Notes under the pieces: model-generated
What the model was told of the DNA's origin: nothing
Databases searched by the model: none
Seen by the model: only the letters and a program-made list of their open reading frames with translations
Assembly (NCBI GenBank): GCA_038889235.1
Contig: JAWAHN010000001.1
Coordinates: 374,499-406,498, forward strand
Reading direction: 5' to 3'
DNA: 32,000 nt
Source: Candidatus Jordarchaeales archaeon
GTDB taxonomy: Archaea > Asgardarchaeota > Jordiarchaeia > Jordiarchaeales > Freyrarchaeaceae
In this document: positions 1 through 8,992 of the stretch, in pieces
Layout of the letters: every line of letters begins with the position of its first letter
Numbering within the stretch: the first letter of the stretch is position 1
Made by a program: the position numbers and the translations under genes

Positions 1-279
1 TGGAGAGTAGTAGACGTAGTCTTCGGATAGTTTTCTCAGCGCTGAGAGCACGTTCCGGTATATTTTCGGGGAGTATAGCTTGACCGGTCTAACCAGGGTG
101 ACTCCTTCCAACCGCCATGTGTAAGGCAGCCATGGGACGTCAAAGAGGTGCTTTAATTTTAGGGGTATGTACTTCAAGTAGGCGACCACTCTGTCCTCCG
201 GATGGGCGTAGCCCATAGTGTAGAAGACTAGGTCTTCAACGGTCACTATTATGTCCCCGTCCCTTGGAGTCCAGTTCAT
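1..279 (-). CDS. Predicted nucleotidyltransferase (COG1665-type archaeal family), 5' part; runs off window start; missing from the ORF track
   Basis: Manual translation from ATG at 279: MNWTPRDGDIIVTVEDLVFYTMGYAHPEDRVVAYLKYIP..., open to position 1. The RDGD...GY.HP.DRV.AYLKY.P pattern is typical of this family. Overlaps the 3' end of PSTK. Confidence 0.7.
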   Translation of the reverse strand, partial: MNWTPRDGDIIVTVEDLVFYTMGYAHPEDRVVAYLKYIPLKLKHLFDVPWLPYTWRLEGVTLVRPVKLYSPKIYRNVLSALRKLSEDYVYYSP

Positions 280-1096
280 TTAGGACCTCCTCGACGCGTT
301 CCCTAAACGCCTTCTCCGCTTCAACTGTTGACAGACCCGCTTTTAATGCTTCCCTAACAAAGGACTTGCGCAACCCGCTGAGGACTTTAGCGGCAGCCGG
401 GGCGCGCTTGACAACTTCGGACACCACTCTCCTCGTTGCCTTGTCGATTTCCTCTGCAGCACTACCCTTCACAGAAATTTTATCTCTCCCTTCCTGTTTC
501 AGGGAGAGGAGGAGTTTTAGGATCTCCCTAGCACACTCTTCGGCCTTAGTTTTGGAGAGATCTACGCTGACCAGGCTTCTGTCCCACTTATACTTGGATC
601 CGGGTTTTTCGAACTTCTCGCTTATGGAGGTTATGACTTCCTGTGGGATTGGAAGACCCCTCTCTTCATTCCACTTGAGGGCGACTTCGAGTGGGGTTTC
701 CACTGCAATTATCGCGTAAGCGGCGCCCGTTTGCCTGGCCAGCTCCACGAGCTTGTGGCGCACTGAAGAGTAATAGTTTGTGTCGTCGCTTATCACGCTC
801 ACGCCGGTTTTCAGAAGGAGGCGAATTGTTTGAAGCGTTAATTCTCTCACTACAGGCTCCCTTTCTGGAGGGAAGCGCTCCCGGTATATGGGCATCATTC
901 TTCGAAAGTCGTCGGATCCCACTACCGCAACTGGTATTCCGCTGTGCTCCATAGCTAGGGCAAGGTGTGTGGCGAGGGTGGTCTTGCCGCTGCTCGGGAG
1001 CCCGCAGAGAACTACGAGAAACTTTCTGGGCGACGCGAGCTGTATTCTTATTCCCTCCGCACGATCTCTTGGGAGATTGAACGGTTTAGGAAACAC
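236..1096 (-). CDS. pstK: O-phosphoseryl-tRNA(Sec) kinase (PSTK; Kti12/PSTK P-loop family)
   Basis: P-loop GLPSSGKTT, GSDDFR, ISDDTNYYSSVR, WNEERG..IP, KFEKPGSKYKWD and C-terminal EIDKATRRVVSE...LRKSF match Methanocaldococcus PSTK motifs as recalled. Exact start uncertain (GTG 1096). Confidence 0.85.
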   Translation of the reverse strand: MFPKPFNLPRDRAEGIRIQLASPRKFLVVLCGLPSSGKTTLATHLALAMEHSGIPVAVVGSDDFRRMMPIYRERFPPEREPVVRELTLQTIRLLLKTGVSVISDDTNYYSSVRHKLVELARQTGAAYAIIAVETPLEVALKWNEERGLPIPQEVITSISEKFEKPGSKYKWDRSLVSVDLSKTKAEECAREILKLLLSLKQEGRDKISVKGSAAEEIDKATRRVVSEVVKRAPAAAKVLSGLRKSFVREALKAGLSTVEAEKAFRERVEEVLNELDSKGRGHNSDR

Positions 1097-1137
1097 TTTA
1101 AATTGTTGCTTCGTTTTTAAGTATTGAGGAGAGAGGG

Positions 1138-2496
1138 GTGGCTATGATTCCCGTGGCTCTCACCATAGCTGGCTCTGACCCCCTCGGTGGAGCCGGCGTC
1201 CAGATGGATCTGAAGACTTTTGCGGCTCTCGGGGTCCACGGGGTGTGTGCTATAACTGCTGTCACCGCTCAGAACACTGTGCACGTTAGGGACATTTACG
1301 TGATTCCACCTGAGATAATAATGGCCCAAGTCGACGTGTTGATGGAGGATGTAGAAGTTAATGCCGCTAAGACGGGCATGTTGAGGGATAAGGAGACAGT
1401 TGAGGTTGTTTGCGCCATAGAGGACGAGTACGGTTTCCCGCTTGTAGTTGACCCCATAATTTGGGCTGGCTCCGGCGAGAGACTGGCTTCACCTTCAGCC
1501 GAGAGAGCGATAATAGACCAGCTTGTCCCAAGGGCGACTGTGGTTACACCCAACATTGCGGAGGCCTCTCTAATAGCGGACATGCAGATTAAGAGTGTTA
1601 GAGACATGGAAGAGGCTGCGAAAGCCATAGCTTCGAGGGGGGTTGAGTGCGTGGTGGTTAAAGGAGGACACTTGGATGAACAGAGCAACGTTGTCGTCGA
1701 CGTCATGTACTCTAAAGGGGATGTGAAGGTTTTCGAGAAGCCTCGTTTTAAGGAGGGGGCAAGCCACGGGAGGGGGTGCTGCTTCTCCGCCGCCATCACA
1801 GCGTTCATCGCGATGGGTGAGCCACCGACCACCGCCGTGGAGAAGGCTGAAAACTACGTTGAAAAAGTTTTCTGCCATCCTGTTGATGTTGGAAGAGGGA
1901 GGAAGCCTGCGAATCCGCTGGTAATAGTTCATCACGAGGCTGAGAGGTGGCGTGTTATTAACGACATCGATAAGGCTTTAGAGTTGCTTGAAGCGGAGAA
2001 AAACATGGACGTGTTGATACCCGAGGTCAGAATGAACATAGGGATGGCGACGAGCTTCGCTAAGCGCGTTGAGGACGTTGCGGCTGTGGAGGGGCGGATT
2101 GCTAGCTTCAGGGGGCGTGCTAGGCCGCTGGGGTGCCCGAAGTTTGGCGTCTCAAGCCACATAGCCAGGGTGATATTGAAAGTCATGGAGTACGACCCGG
2201 GGATGAGGGCGGCTGCAAACATTAGGTATTCCCCAGAGATACTTGAAGCTTGCAGGAAGGCTGGGTTCGTGGTCTCGAGCTTCGACAGAAGGGAGGAGCC
2301 AGAGGATGTTAGATCCGTGGAGGGTAAGAGTCTTCAGTGGGGTGTGGAGCAGGCGATTCAGAAGGCGATGAGGGTGCCCGATGTGATCTATGACGAGGGA
2401 GGGTTTGGGAAAGAGGGGATGATAAGGGTACTAGGTCAGACGGCGACGGATGTCGTGGAAAAGATTTTGCGCATAAAAAGCCAGCTGAAGCTCTGA
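1138..2496 (+). CDS. thiDN: Bifunctional hydroxymethylpyrimidine/phosphomethylpyrimidine kinase - thiamine-phosphate synthase (ThiD-ThiN)
   Basis: N-terminal [49 protein letters not shown]; C-terminal ThiN domain [43 protein letters not shown] at 1144 is a possible start. Confidence 0.93.
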   Translation: MAMIPVALTIAGSDPLGGAGVQMDLKTFAALGVHGVCAITAVTAQNTVHVRDIYVIPPEIIMAQVDVLMEDVEVNAAKTGMLRDKETVEVVCAIEDEYGFPLVVDPIIWAGSGERLASPSAERAIIDQLVPRATVVTPNIAEASLIADMQIKSVRDMEEAAKAIASRGVECVVVKGGHLDEQSNVVVDVMYSKGDVKVFEKPRFKEGASHGRGCCFSAAITAFIAMGEPPTTAVEKAENYVEKVFCHPVDVGRGRKPANPLVIVHHEAERWRVINDIDKALELLEAEKNMDVLIPEVRMNIGMATSFAKRVEDVAAVEGRIASFRGRARPLGCPKFGVSSHIARVILKVMEYDPGMRAAANIRYSPEILEACRKAGFVVSSFDRREEPEDVRSVEGKSLQWGVEQAIQKAMRVPDVIYDEGGFGKEGMIRVLGQTATDVVEKILRIKSQLKL

Positions 2497-2602
2497 AGGG
2501 TCTGGACATGAAGTTAGCGTAGGCTGTAAATGTGTGGTAAGGGTTTAACCCCCTGACAACGGTTTATTAGATTGTGGCTTCCTTACGTGTAGACGACAAG
2601 CG

Positions 2603-4639
2603 TTGAGAGTGGTTTCTTTGAGCGAGACCGTGGAAGAGAGGTTTAGGGAGCTTATCCCCTACAAGCCTTACCCTGCCCAACTCCAGTACATGAGAGACGT
2701 CTTTAAACTCGTTGAGGGGGGTGGGGTTGGCTTCCTAGAGGCGCCAACGGGGTTCGGTAAGACGATATCTATACTTTCGGCCACGTTGCCGTTTCCATGT
2801 AGGATCTTCTACTACTCTAGGACTCACACCGAGATGAGACAGGTGGCTTGCGAGCTGGAGAGGATAAACGCTCTGGGACACAGCTTCACGTGCGTAGTGA
2901 GGGGTTCCAGAATTCAGCTTTGCCTCGACAAAGATGTGAGGGGTATGAGCGACCACTTGAAGGCGGATGAAAGTTGCCTTTCGAGGATTAGAAGCGCAGA
3001 TGGTGACTTGAGCCTCGCTGAACTCACTGTGCAGAGACCGGACATAACTCTCTCGAGCCAAGAGCAGCTTCCTCTGGACTTACGCTTATACTGCGAGTTC
3101 GAGGGGAGGAGGGTGGAGGTTCCAAGCTATTTGCCGCGCAACGTACCGATAGTGGCGAGCGTTGAAAGCTTGCTGAGTTATGGTGAGAGTAGGAACATAT
3201 GCCCATACTACCTGGCTAAGCTACTCTCCCAGGTGTGCAAAGTGGTGATTGGATCATACAACTACCTTTTCCTAGATCCTGCTTTCAAGGGCGGCATAAT
3301 AGTCATGGATGAGGCGCACAACATAGAGGACTTTTGCAAGGAGGTTAAATCATACCTGTTATCGAAGAAGACAGTTGAAAGAGCCATAGACGAAGTCAAA
3401 GAGGTCGATAGGCCGTGGGCTTCAGACGTGGAAGCATTTCTCGCCTTTCTTCTAAGGTTCTTCAACCACGCAGACTTCAAGAGGGACGAACTTCTGACGA
3501 AGAGTGCCGTACTACGTGAGATGGAGGAGAACGGTGTAACCTTGGAGAGGATTGAAGAGTTTCTGGAAGGGTGGCCGCTCATACTAAACATTCAGAGAGA
3601 GCTTATAGCTAAGAAGGGGAGAGTGGTTATTCTTGACAGAATGAGGGTTGCCCAGGTTTACTCTTTCATTGAGGCTTTCATGTCAAGCAACGAGGGAGTC
3701 TACGTAGGTTTCTGGAACGTTGAAGACGAGGAGAACCCGTCACTCGAATGGATTTGCCTGGACCCGAGGATAGCGTTCGATGAGATAATGTCTGAGAAGC
3801 CTAGGGCAGTCATACTTACGAGCGGAACGCTCTCACCCCTAGAAGGGGTGGCCGCCCGGCTAGGAGTTCCAGACGCCTTCAAGAAAAGCTATCCCTCTGT
3901 CATAGCTAGGGAGAACATTATGGTTTTAGCTGTTGGAAGAGGGCCCAGCGGCCACACGCTCACCACAAAGTACGAGGCAAGGGGGGACGAGAAAACGATC
4001 TTAGAGTACGGTGAAGCTGTTGTGAGGATCGTGAAAAACATACCCAACGGAACTATAGTGTTCTTCCCGGCATACCACGTTATGGACCAAATGCTGAACA
4101 CTTGGAACGCGTACGGCGTATTGGGCTCTATAGATGCAGCGGTTTTCATCGAAACAACAGGCAGCACGACCTCCCTTTTGGAGTCATATAAAAGGGAGGC
4201 GGAGGCGGGGAAAGCTGTCCTCTTTGCCGTGGTTAGGGGGAAGCTGAGCGAGGGGGCAAACTTTCCAGACGAGACAGGGAGAGGGGTCATCATGGTCGGA
4301 ATACCGTACCCAAACGTTTCAGACCCCAGAGTTATGGCGCAGAAGGAGTTTTATGAGAGAATGGGGAAAGGCATGGGAAGAAAGTGGTATCTCGACTACT
4401 CCTTTAACGCCGTCAACCAGTCGCTCGGCAGAGCCTGGAGGCATAAGGATGACTACGCTGTTGGCGTGCTACTCGACACCAGGTACGGCTGGGAGGAGAG
4501 CCGGAAGAGGCTCTCGCCGTGGCTTATGGAGAGGACAACCTTCGTCGATCCAAGGACGCCGTTCCAAACAGTGGAGAGGATGATTAAAACTTTTTTCGAG
4601 AGAGGTGATAGACATGGTGGTAAGCGCGAACATAGTTAA
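2603..4639 (+). CDS. ATP-dependent Fe-S DNA helicase, XPD/Rad3 (DinG/Chl1) family
   Basis: Q-motif PYPAQ, Walker A EAPTGFGKT, SRTH, four Fe-S Cys (QLC, ESC, LYC, ICPYY), DEAH, TSGTLSP, RGKLSEG, NQSLGRAWRH. Confidence 0.92.
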   Translation: MRVVSLSETVEERFRELIPYKPYPAQLQYMRDVFKLVEGGGVGFLEAPTGFGKTISILSATLPFPCRIFYYSRTHTEMRQVACELERINALGHSFTCVVRGSRIQLCLDKDVRGMSDHLKADESCLSRIRSADGDLSLAELTVQRPDITLSSQEQLPLDLRLYCEFEGRRVEVPSYLPRNVPIVASVESLLSYGESRNICPYYLAKLLSQVCKVVIGSYNYLFLDPAFKGGIIVMDEAHNIEDFCKEVKSYLLSKKTVERAIDEVKEVDRPWASDVEAFLAFLLRFFNHADFKRDELLTKSAVLREMEENGVTLERIEEFLEGWPLILNIQRELIAKKGRVVILDRMRVAQVYSFIEAFMSSNEGVYVGFWNVEDEENPSLEWICLDPRIAFDEIMSEKPRAVILTSGTLSPLEGVAARLGVPDAFKKSYPSVIARENIMVLAVGRGPSGHTLTTKYEARGDEKTILEYGEAVVRIVKNIPNGTIVFFPAYHVMDQMLNTWNAYGVLGSIDAAVFIETTGSTTSLLESYKREAEAGKAVLFAVVRGKLSEGANFPDETGRGVIMVGIPYPNVSDPRVMAQKEFYERMGKGMGRKWYLDYSFNAVNQSLGRAWRHKDDYAVGVLLDTRYGWEESRKRLSPWLMERTTFVDPRTPFQTVERMIKTFFERGDRHGGKREHS

Positions 4640-5465
4640 GAACCCATGGGTAGCTTCCAAGCTGAGCGAGAGCGAGGTTAAGGAGCTGGTATACGAAGCT
4701 GAAGAGGTGTTAGGAGAGGAGCCGCCACTGGTCGAGGTTGAAGGTGAAAGAGTGATATTTGTCGGCGACACTCACGGAGACATGCTTTCAACCATTGCAG
4801 CCGTTAAGAAGTTCTTCTCCTCCAACTACGACCTCCTAATCTTCCTAGGGGACTACGTCGACAGGGGTAGCGAGCAGGTTGGAAACATTAACTACGTTCT
4901 CTCATTGAAGCTGGAATACTCTGACCGCGTGGTATTATTGAGGGGGAACCACGAGACCCCTCTCGCTAACCAGTACTATGGTTTCATCGAGTCTGTATCA
5001 AGGAGGTATAATCCATCGATCTACAAAGTGTATGCTTCCATGTTTTCGTGTCTGCCTTACGCCTGCCTGCTCAACAAGGAAATCCTCTGCCTCCATGGAG
5101 GAATAGCTATGGGGTTAAAGAAGCTCGAACAGCTGAAAGCGCTTCCAAGAGAGATAGACGTGACGAACCCTATAGGGTTCCAAGTCCTCTGGAATGACCC
5201 TGAAGAAGGGATCAGAGGTTTCGCTCCAAGCCCTAGGGGGCCGGGGATATACGTTTTCGGCAAAGACGTCTTCTTAGAGTTTGCCGAAAGCAACGGTGTA
5301 AGCTTCATGGTGAGGGCGCATGAAGCCTTCCAGCGAGGATTTAAATGGTACTTCGGAGGAAGGGTGCTAAGCCTGTTCTCCACTGCTAACTACACTGTGC
5401 CGGTAGACGCCAAGATAGGAGAACTAGTGGGCGGGGAGCTTAGAGTTATAAGCCCATTCTCATAG
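4614..5465 (+). CDS. PPP-family Ser/Thr protein phosphatase (PP1/PP2A-like metallophosphoesterase)
   Basis: GDTHGD, GDYVDRG, LRGNHE, LHGG, LWNDP, RAHE, SLFSTANY. GAGGTGA SD at 4602-4608 favours ATG 4614 (ORF track start 4605). Overlaps the helicase stop. Confidence 0.93.
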   Translation: MVVSANIVKNPWVASKLSESEVKELVYEAEEVLGEEPPLVEVEGERVIFVGDTHGDMLSTIAAVKKFFSSNYDLLIFLGDYVDRGSEQVGNINYVLSLKLEYSDRVVLLRGNHETPLANQYYGFIESVSRRYNPSIYKVYASMFSCLPYACLLNKEILCLHGGIAMGLKKLEQLKALPREIDVTNPIGFQVLWNDPEEGIRGFAPSPRGPGIYVFGKDVFLEFAESNGVSFMVRAHEAFQRGFKWYFGGRVLSLFSTANYTVPVDAKIGELVGGELRVISPFS

Positions 5466-5525
5466 AACTTCCGAAATTCCCACAAATCGTTCAACAAAAA
5501 CCGAAAGCAGGCGTTTTAAATGGAC

Positions 5526-6257
5526 CTAAGGGAGGCCAGTTACTTTTTGCAGATCGTTCTTGGTTATCTCCCCTGTGTGAAGTGCGGTTGCAACTAGGGC
5601 TCCTGCTACACCGATCTCCTTGAGCAGTTTCAGATCTTCCACGTGCCTCACCCCTCCTCCAACTATGATCGGTATCGAAATCTCACTTACTAATTCCTTT
5701 AGGAGTTTTATTGGGGGTCCGCTCCCAGTGCCTACTCTTGAAAGGTCGACCACTATGAGAGACTGCACGCCGGCGTCCTCAAACATCTTCGCAACATCTA
5801 GAGGCGACAGCCCCGATATCTCGGGGCTCCTAGCTACCACCACGACGTCTCTCAAGTCAAGGCCGCCGATAATCTTGTCCCCGTAACGCTTCACGCACTC
5901 TGATACAAATGAAGGCGATGGAACAGACTCCGTTGCGAGGACAACACCTGAAACGTGAGCGTTAAGCATAGTCTCCACAGATTTCATGTCCCTCACGCCC
6001 ACGTCAACTATCACCTTCATTGAAGAACGCCTCACGATAGACCTTATAGCCCCGAAGTTTGGGGCCCTCCCCTCTATGGCGTCTATATCCGCTATGTAAA
6101 GCTCGGTGAAGCCAAGTCTCTTGAACGCGTACATCACACTCATCGGGTCCGGCGACGGGGAAAGAACGGACTTAATTGGGGCATATAAGTTTCTTGCCCC
6201 ACACTTCGCGTGCACAACAACACCGCCTTTCAAGTCCATTACAGGGATCACGCGCAA
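5526..6257 (-). CDS. HisA/HisF-related TIM-barrel protein (COG1411-like, associated with C1-cofactor gene clusters)
   Basis: RVIPVMDLKGGVVVHA, ELYIADIDAI, IVDVG, VDLSRVGTGSG, IIVGGGVR, GALVATALH. The likely start is TTG 6257 after GGGG-rich SD (ORF track extends to 6368). Confidence 0.8.
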   Translation of the reverse strand: MRVIPVMDLKGGVVVHAKCGARNLYAPIKSVLSPSPDPMSVMYAFKRLGFTELYIADIDAIEGRAPNFGAIRSIVRRSSMKVIVDVGVRDMKSVETMLNAHVSGVVLATESVPSPSFVSECVKRYGDKIIGGLDLRDVVVVARSPEISGLSPLDVAKMFEDAGVQSLIVVDLSRVGTGSGPPIKLLKELVSEISIPIIVGGGVRHVEDLKLLKEIGVAGALVATALHTGEITKNDLQKVTGLP

Positions 6258-6434
6258 GCCCCTTAACCCCCAAACACGCTGTATTAGCTGCCGCGCACGA
6301 AAACCGAGAAGTAATTCCTGAGGAGCAAAGAGGTTGCCTACTTGAGGAGTTGGTATATTTTTAAGCACTGGTTTCAGCTAAAAATGTATCGATGAAGGGA
6401 GGTTGCTTTTCGCTCCAGAAGCTGCATCGACGGG

Positions 6435-7586
6435 GTGCGTGGCGAAATGGAGGGAAAGGTGTTTGTCTACGAGTTCCTTTCAGGAGAAGGGGCTGGCGTG
6501 GGGCTCCACGCAGACGTCGCCGTTGAGGGGGCCGCCATGCTCCTTGGGGTAGCCGAGGACTTCGCCGCAGCAGGATTCAAAACATTTACGACTATAAGCC
6601 ACGGACTTGGAAGCCTAGTAGGAGAGTTTACCGGTAAAGGGGTTGAGGTTAGACACTTTAGTTTCTCGGAAGGAGTAAGAGAGGCGGACTACTGCCTAGT
6701 CATTGCTCCTGAGAGCGGGGGGGTGTTACACCGCCTGGTGAGGGAGGTCGAGGGGGAGGGAAAGATCCACTTGGGACCAGACTCGGAAAGTGTGGCTCTT
6801 ACCACGGACAAGGTGAGGACTCTTGAGCTCGCAGAGAGTGTTGGGTTAAATGTCCCGCTCACTCTGGAGGCTGGAAGCGTCGAAGAAGCTGTAAGGAAGG
6901 CTTGGGACATAGGGTTTCCCGTGGTTTTCAAACCTGTTGACGGAGTCGGATGTGAGGGGGCAAGCGTCGTTTGGGGGGAGGAGGACGTTGAGGGGGCTGC
7001 TAGAAGGGCGCTTGAGGCTTCTGGTGTTGGGAGGGCTGTCGTCCAAGAGTACGTGAAAGGCGTTGACGCAAGCGTGAGCGTGATCGTAGGAAAGAGGGGG
7101 GCGCTCTCTCTGACTTTGAACGCGCAGGTGGTCTCGCGCGGTGAGGGGGGGAGGTTGAGGTACGAGGGAGGGTACGTTCCCCTGAAACATGATGCGAGGG
7201 CCGAGGCCTTTAAGACTGCGGAAAAGCTTGTATCCAGCATCCCCGGACTGAGGGGCTACGTTGGAGTGGACCTAGTGCTCTCCCCTAAAGGAGTTTTCGT
7301 CATGGAAGTAAACCCGCGCATTACAACTTCCTACCTTGGGGTGAGAATGGTGATCGATGGAAACGTTGCAAAGTACATCTTCGACGCGTGTACTAAGGGT
7401 GTAGCTCCGAGGAGGGTGAGGGTTAGAGGCGTAGCGGCGTTCAGGAAGACCGCTGCGTGCGAAGCCGCAAGTTGGAGGGTTTCACTAAGCGAGGGAGGTA
7501 CGTTCGCAGTTTTCCATGAAAGGAACACTAGAAGGGCGCTTGCGAAAGCTGGCATAACCCCCATAACTATTCAGAGCGAAGGTTAG
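6435..7586 (+). CDS. mfnD: ATP-grasp ligase, probable tyramine-L-glutamate ligase of methanofuran biosynthesis
   Basis: VFVYEF, EGAAML, LVIAPESGG, KPVDGVGCEG, QEYVKG..ASVS, GYVGVDLV, EVNPRITTSY; adjacent to mfnF. Confidence 0.72.
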   Translation: MRGEMEGKVFVYEFLSGEGAGVGLHADVAVEGAAMLLGVAEDFAAAGFKTFTTISHGLGSLVGEFTGKGVEVRHFSFSEGVREADYCLVIAPESGGVLHRLVREVEGEGKIHLGPDSESVALTTDKVRTLELAESVGLNVPLTLEAGSVEEAVRKAWDIGFPVVFKPVDGVGCEGASVVWGEEDVEGAARRALEASGVGRAVVQEYVKGVDASVSVIVGKRGALSLTLNAQVVSRGEGGRLRYEGGYVPLKHDARAEAFKTAEKLVSSIPGLRGYVGVDLVLSPKGVFVMEVNPRITTSYLGVRMVIDGNVAKYIFDACTKGVAPRRVRVRGVAAFRKTAACEAASWRVSLSEGGTFAVFHERNTRRALAKAGITPITIQSEG

Positions 7587-7694
7587 GCTAAAGGGTGTAA
7601 GTGCTTCAAGCTGGAGGTTTAGGATGCTTTCACGGTCAGCTTGCTGTGGTTGGATGGCTGGTCCTACTAGTGTGTTTAAGAGGATTTTTGTGAG

Positions 7695-8777
7695 GTGTCT
7701 TGGTTGATTTTCGTCGGATTGGACGTTGGGGGTGCTAATACTAAGGCTGCAGTGCTAAATGTTGAAGGTGGCAGGGTTAGGATTGACACGTTTAGAGAGT
7801 ACTTCCCCGTCTGGGTTAGGTCGAAAAGTGAGCTTCCCGAGCTCTTGCTCAGGGTGAGAAGGCTACTTTGCGGCGACTCCAAGCCGGAGGCTGTCTGTGT
7901 CACCATGACCGCTGAGATCTCCGATGCCTACGAGACTAAAAGGGAGGGGGTTAACCACGTTTTGTCCTCTGTTGAGGAAGCTTTCGGCGGCGTCGAAAAG
8001 TACGTTGTGAGCTGCACAGCGGAGCTCTTAAACATGGAGGAGGCTAGGGAAAGGTATCTGGATGTCGCCGCCGCCAACTGGCCTGCCACAGGGTGGATGA
8101 TTGGAAGGGTAATCAAAAACTGCATTTTCATAGATGTGGGGAGCACCACCACGGACATAATACCTGTCAGGGGCGGCGTACCTTGCCCCGAGGGTAGAAG
8201 GGATGTGGAGAGACTGGTGAGCGGGGAGCTCGTTTTCACAGGAGTTCTCAGAACTAACATTTCAGCGATAACTAGCTGGGTGCCGTTTAGGGGGCGCATG
8301 TGTAGGGTGGCCCCCGAAAAGTTCGCTCTTACTGCTGACGTTCACCTGGTTCTTGGGCACATATCCGAGAAGGATTATACTTGTGATACCGCTGATGGTA
8401 GAGGAAAAGACGTCTACCACTCGATGGCGAGAATAGCGAGAGTGGTGTGCGCCGACCTAGAGGAAATAAGCCGAGGCGACGTGGTAAGGATAGCTAAACA
8501 CGTGTATCTCAAGCAGTTAGAACAGATAGTTGATGGTTTAGAGCAGGTTTCATCCAGGAACCCAGACTTGGACACCGTGGTCACCGTTGGACTGGGCGAA
8601 GACTTCCTAGCTAGGAGGGCGGCCGAAGCAGTTGGCTTCACTAAGATTTATAGTCTAAAGAGGATGATTGGTGAGAAGGCTTCCGAGAATGCACCAGCGG
8701 TTGCCGCGGCCATCATGGCTGCAGAGAGGAAGGGATTTAATGCTGGGGAAATCATTGAAGCACTGAAAATAGTCTAG
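7695..8777 (+). CDS. mfnF: Hydantoinase/oxoprolinase-like methanofuran biosynthesis enzyme (MfnF family)
   Basis: GLDVGGANTK, TMTAEISD, VAAANW, DVGSTTTDIIP, LVFTGVLRT, ADVHLVLG, CDTADGRGK. TTG 7704 is a probable start after GAGGTG. Confidence 0.85.
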   Translation: MSWLIFVGLDVGGANTKAAVLNVEGGRVRIDTFREYFPVWVRSKSELPELLLRVRRLLCGDSKPEAVCVTMTAEISDAYETKREGVNHVLSSVEEAFGGVEKYVVSCTAELLNMEEARERYLDVAAANWPATGWMIGRVIKNCIFIDVGSTTTDIIPVRGGVPCPEGRRDVERLVSGELVFTGVLRTNISAITSWVPFRGRMCRVAPEKFALTADVHLVLGHISEKDYTCDTADGRGKDVYHSMARIARVVCADLEEISRGDVVRIAKHVYLKQLEQIVDGLEQVSSRNPDLDTVVTVGLGEDFLARRAAEAVGFTKIYSLKRMIGEKASENAPAVAAAIMAAERKGFNAGEIIEALKIV

Positions 8778-8887
8778 TTCTACTTGGGGGCAGGCAACGA
8801 CGACTGGAAATTTTTCAGCGTAAAGTTTTCAGAGAGGATGTTCTTACAGAAAAGTAAATAAAGAACAGAGAACTTTAATTGAAAAAT

Positions 8888-8992
8888 GGGGTTTAGAAGG
8901 AGTCATAAGGAGGGCTGGGCAACCCCCTTGTCGGGGAAACTTCCGGATTCTTCTGCGCCCGTAAAGCCCTCCTAAGCCTTAAACTAAACCCC
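8888..8992. other. 105-nt nested inverted-repeat (hairpin) element between convergent mfnF and DUF2240 genes; terminator, structured ncRNA or MITE-like
   Basis: Paired arms: 8888-8896/8984-8992 (GGGGTTTAG/CTAAACCCC), 8897-8900/8977-8980, 8908-8916/8965-8973 (AGGAGGGCT/AGCCCTCCT), 8917-8920/8957-8960, inner CCCC/GGGG. Followed by a T5 run on the minus strand. Confidence 0.7.

Noticed and set aside
2494-2512. TGA stop of thiDN, and TGA of the dehydrogenase at 15595-15597, as Sec read-through
   Set aside because: thiDN ends at the expected family terminus, and the dehydrogenase stop overlaps the next gene's start; no downstream homology or SECIS-like element.
8888-8992. Hairpin as 5S rRNA, SRP RNA, tRNA-Sec or SECIS
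   Set aside because: Only a CCGGAAGTT 9-mer resembles 5S. There is no cloverleaf or T-loop, no SRP helix-8 motif, no 5' AUGA and no GAA/A-SSS SECIS core.
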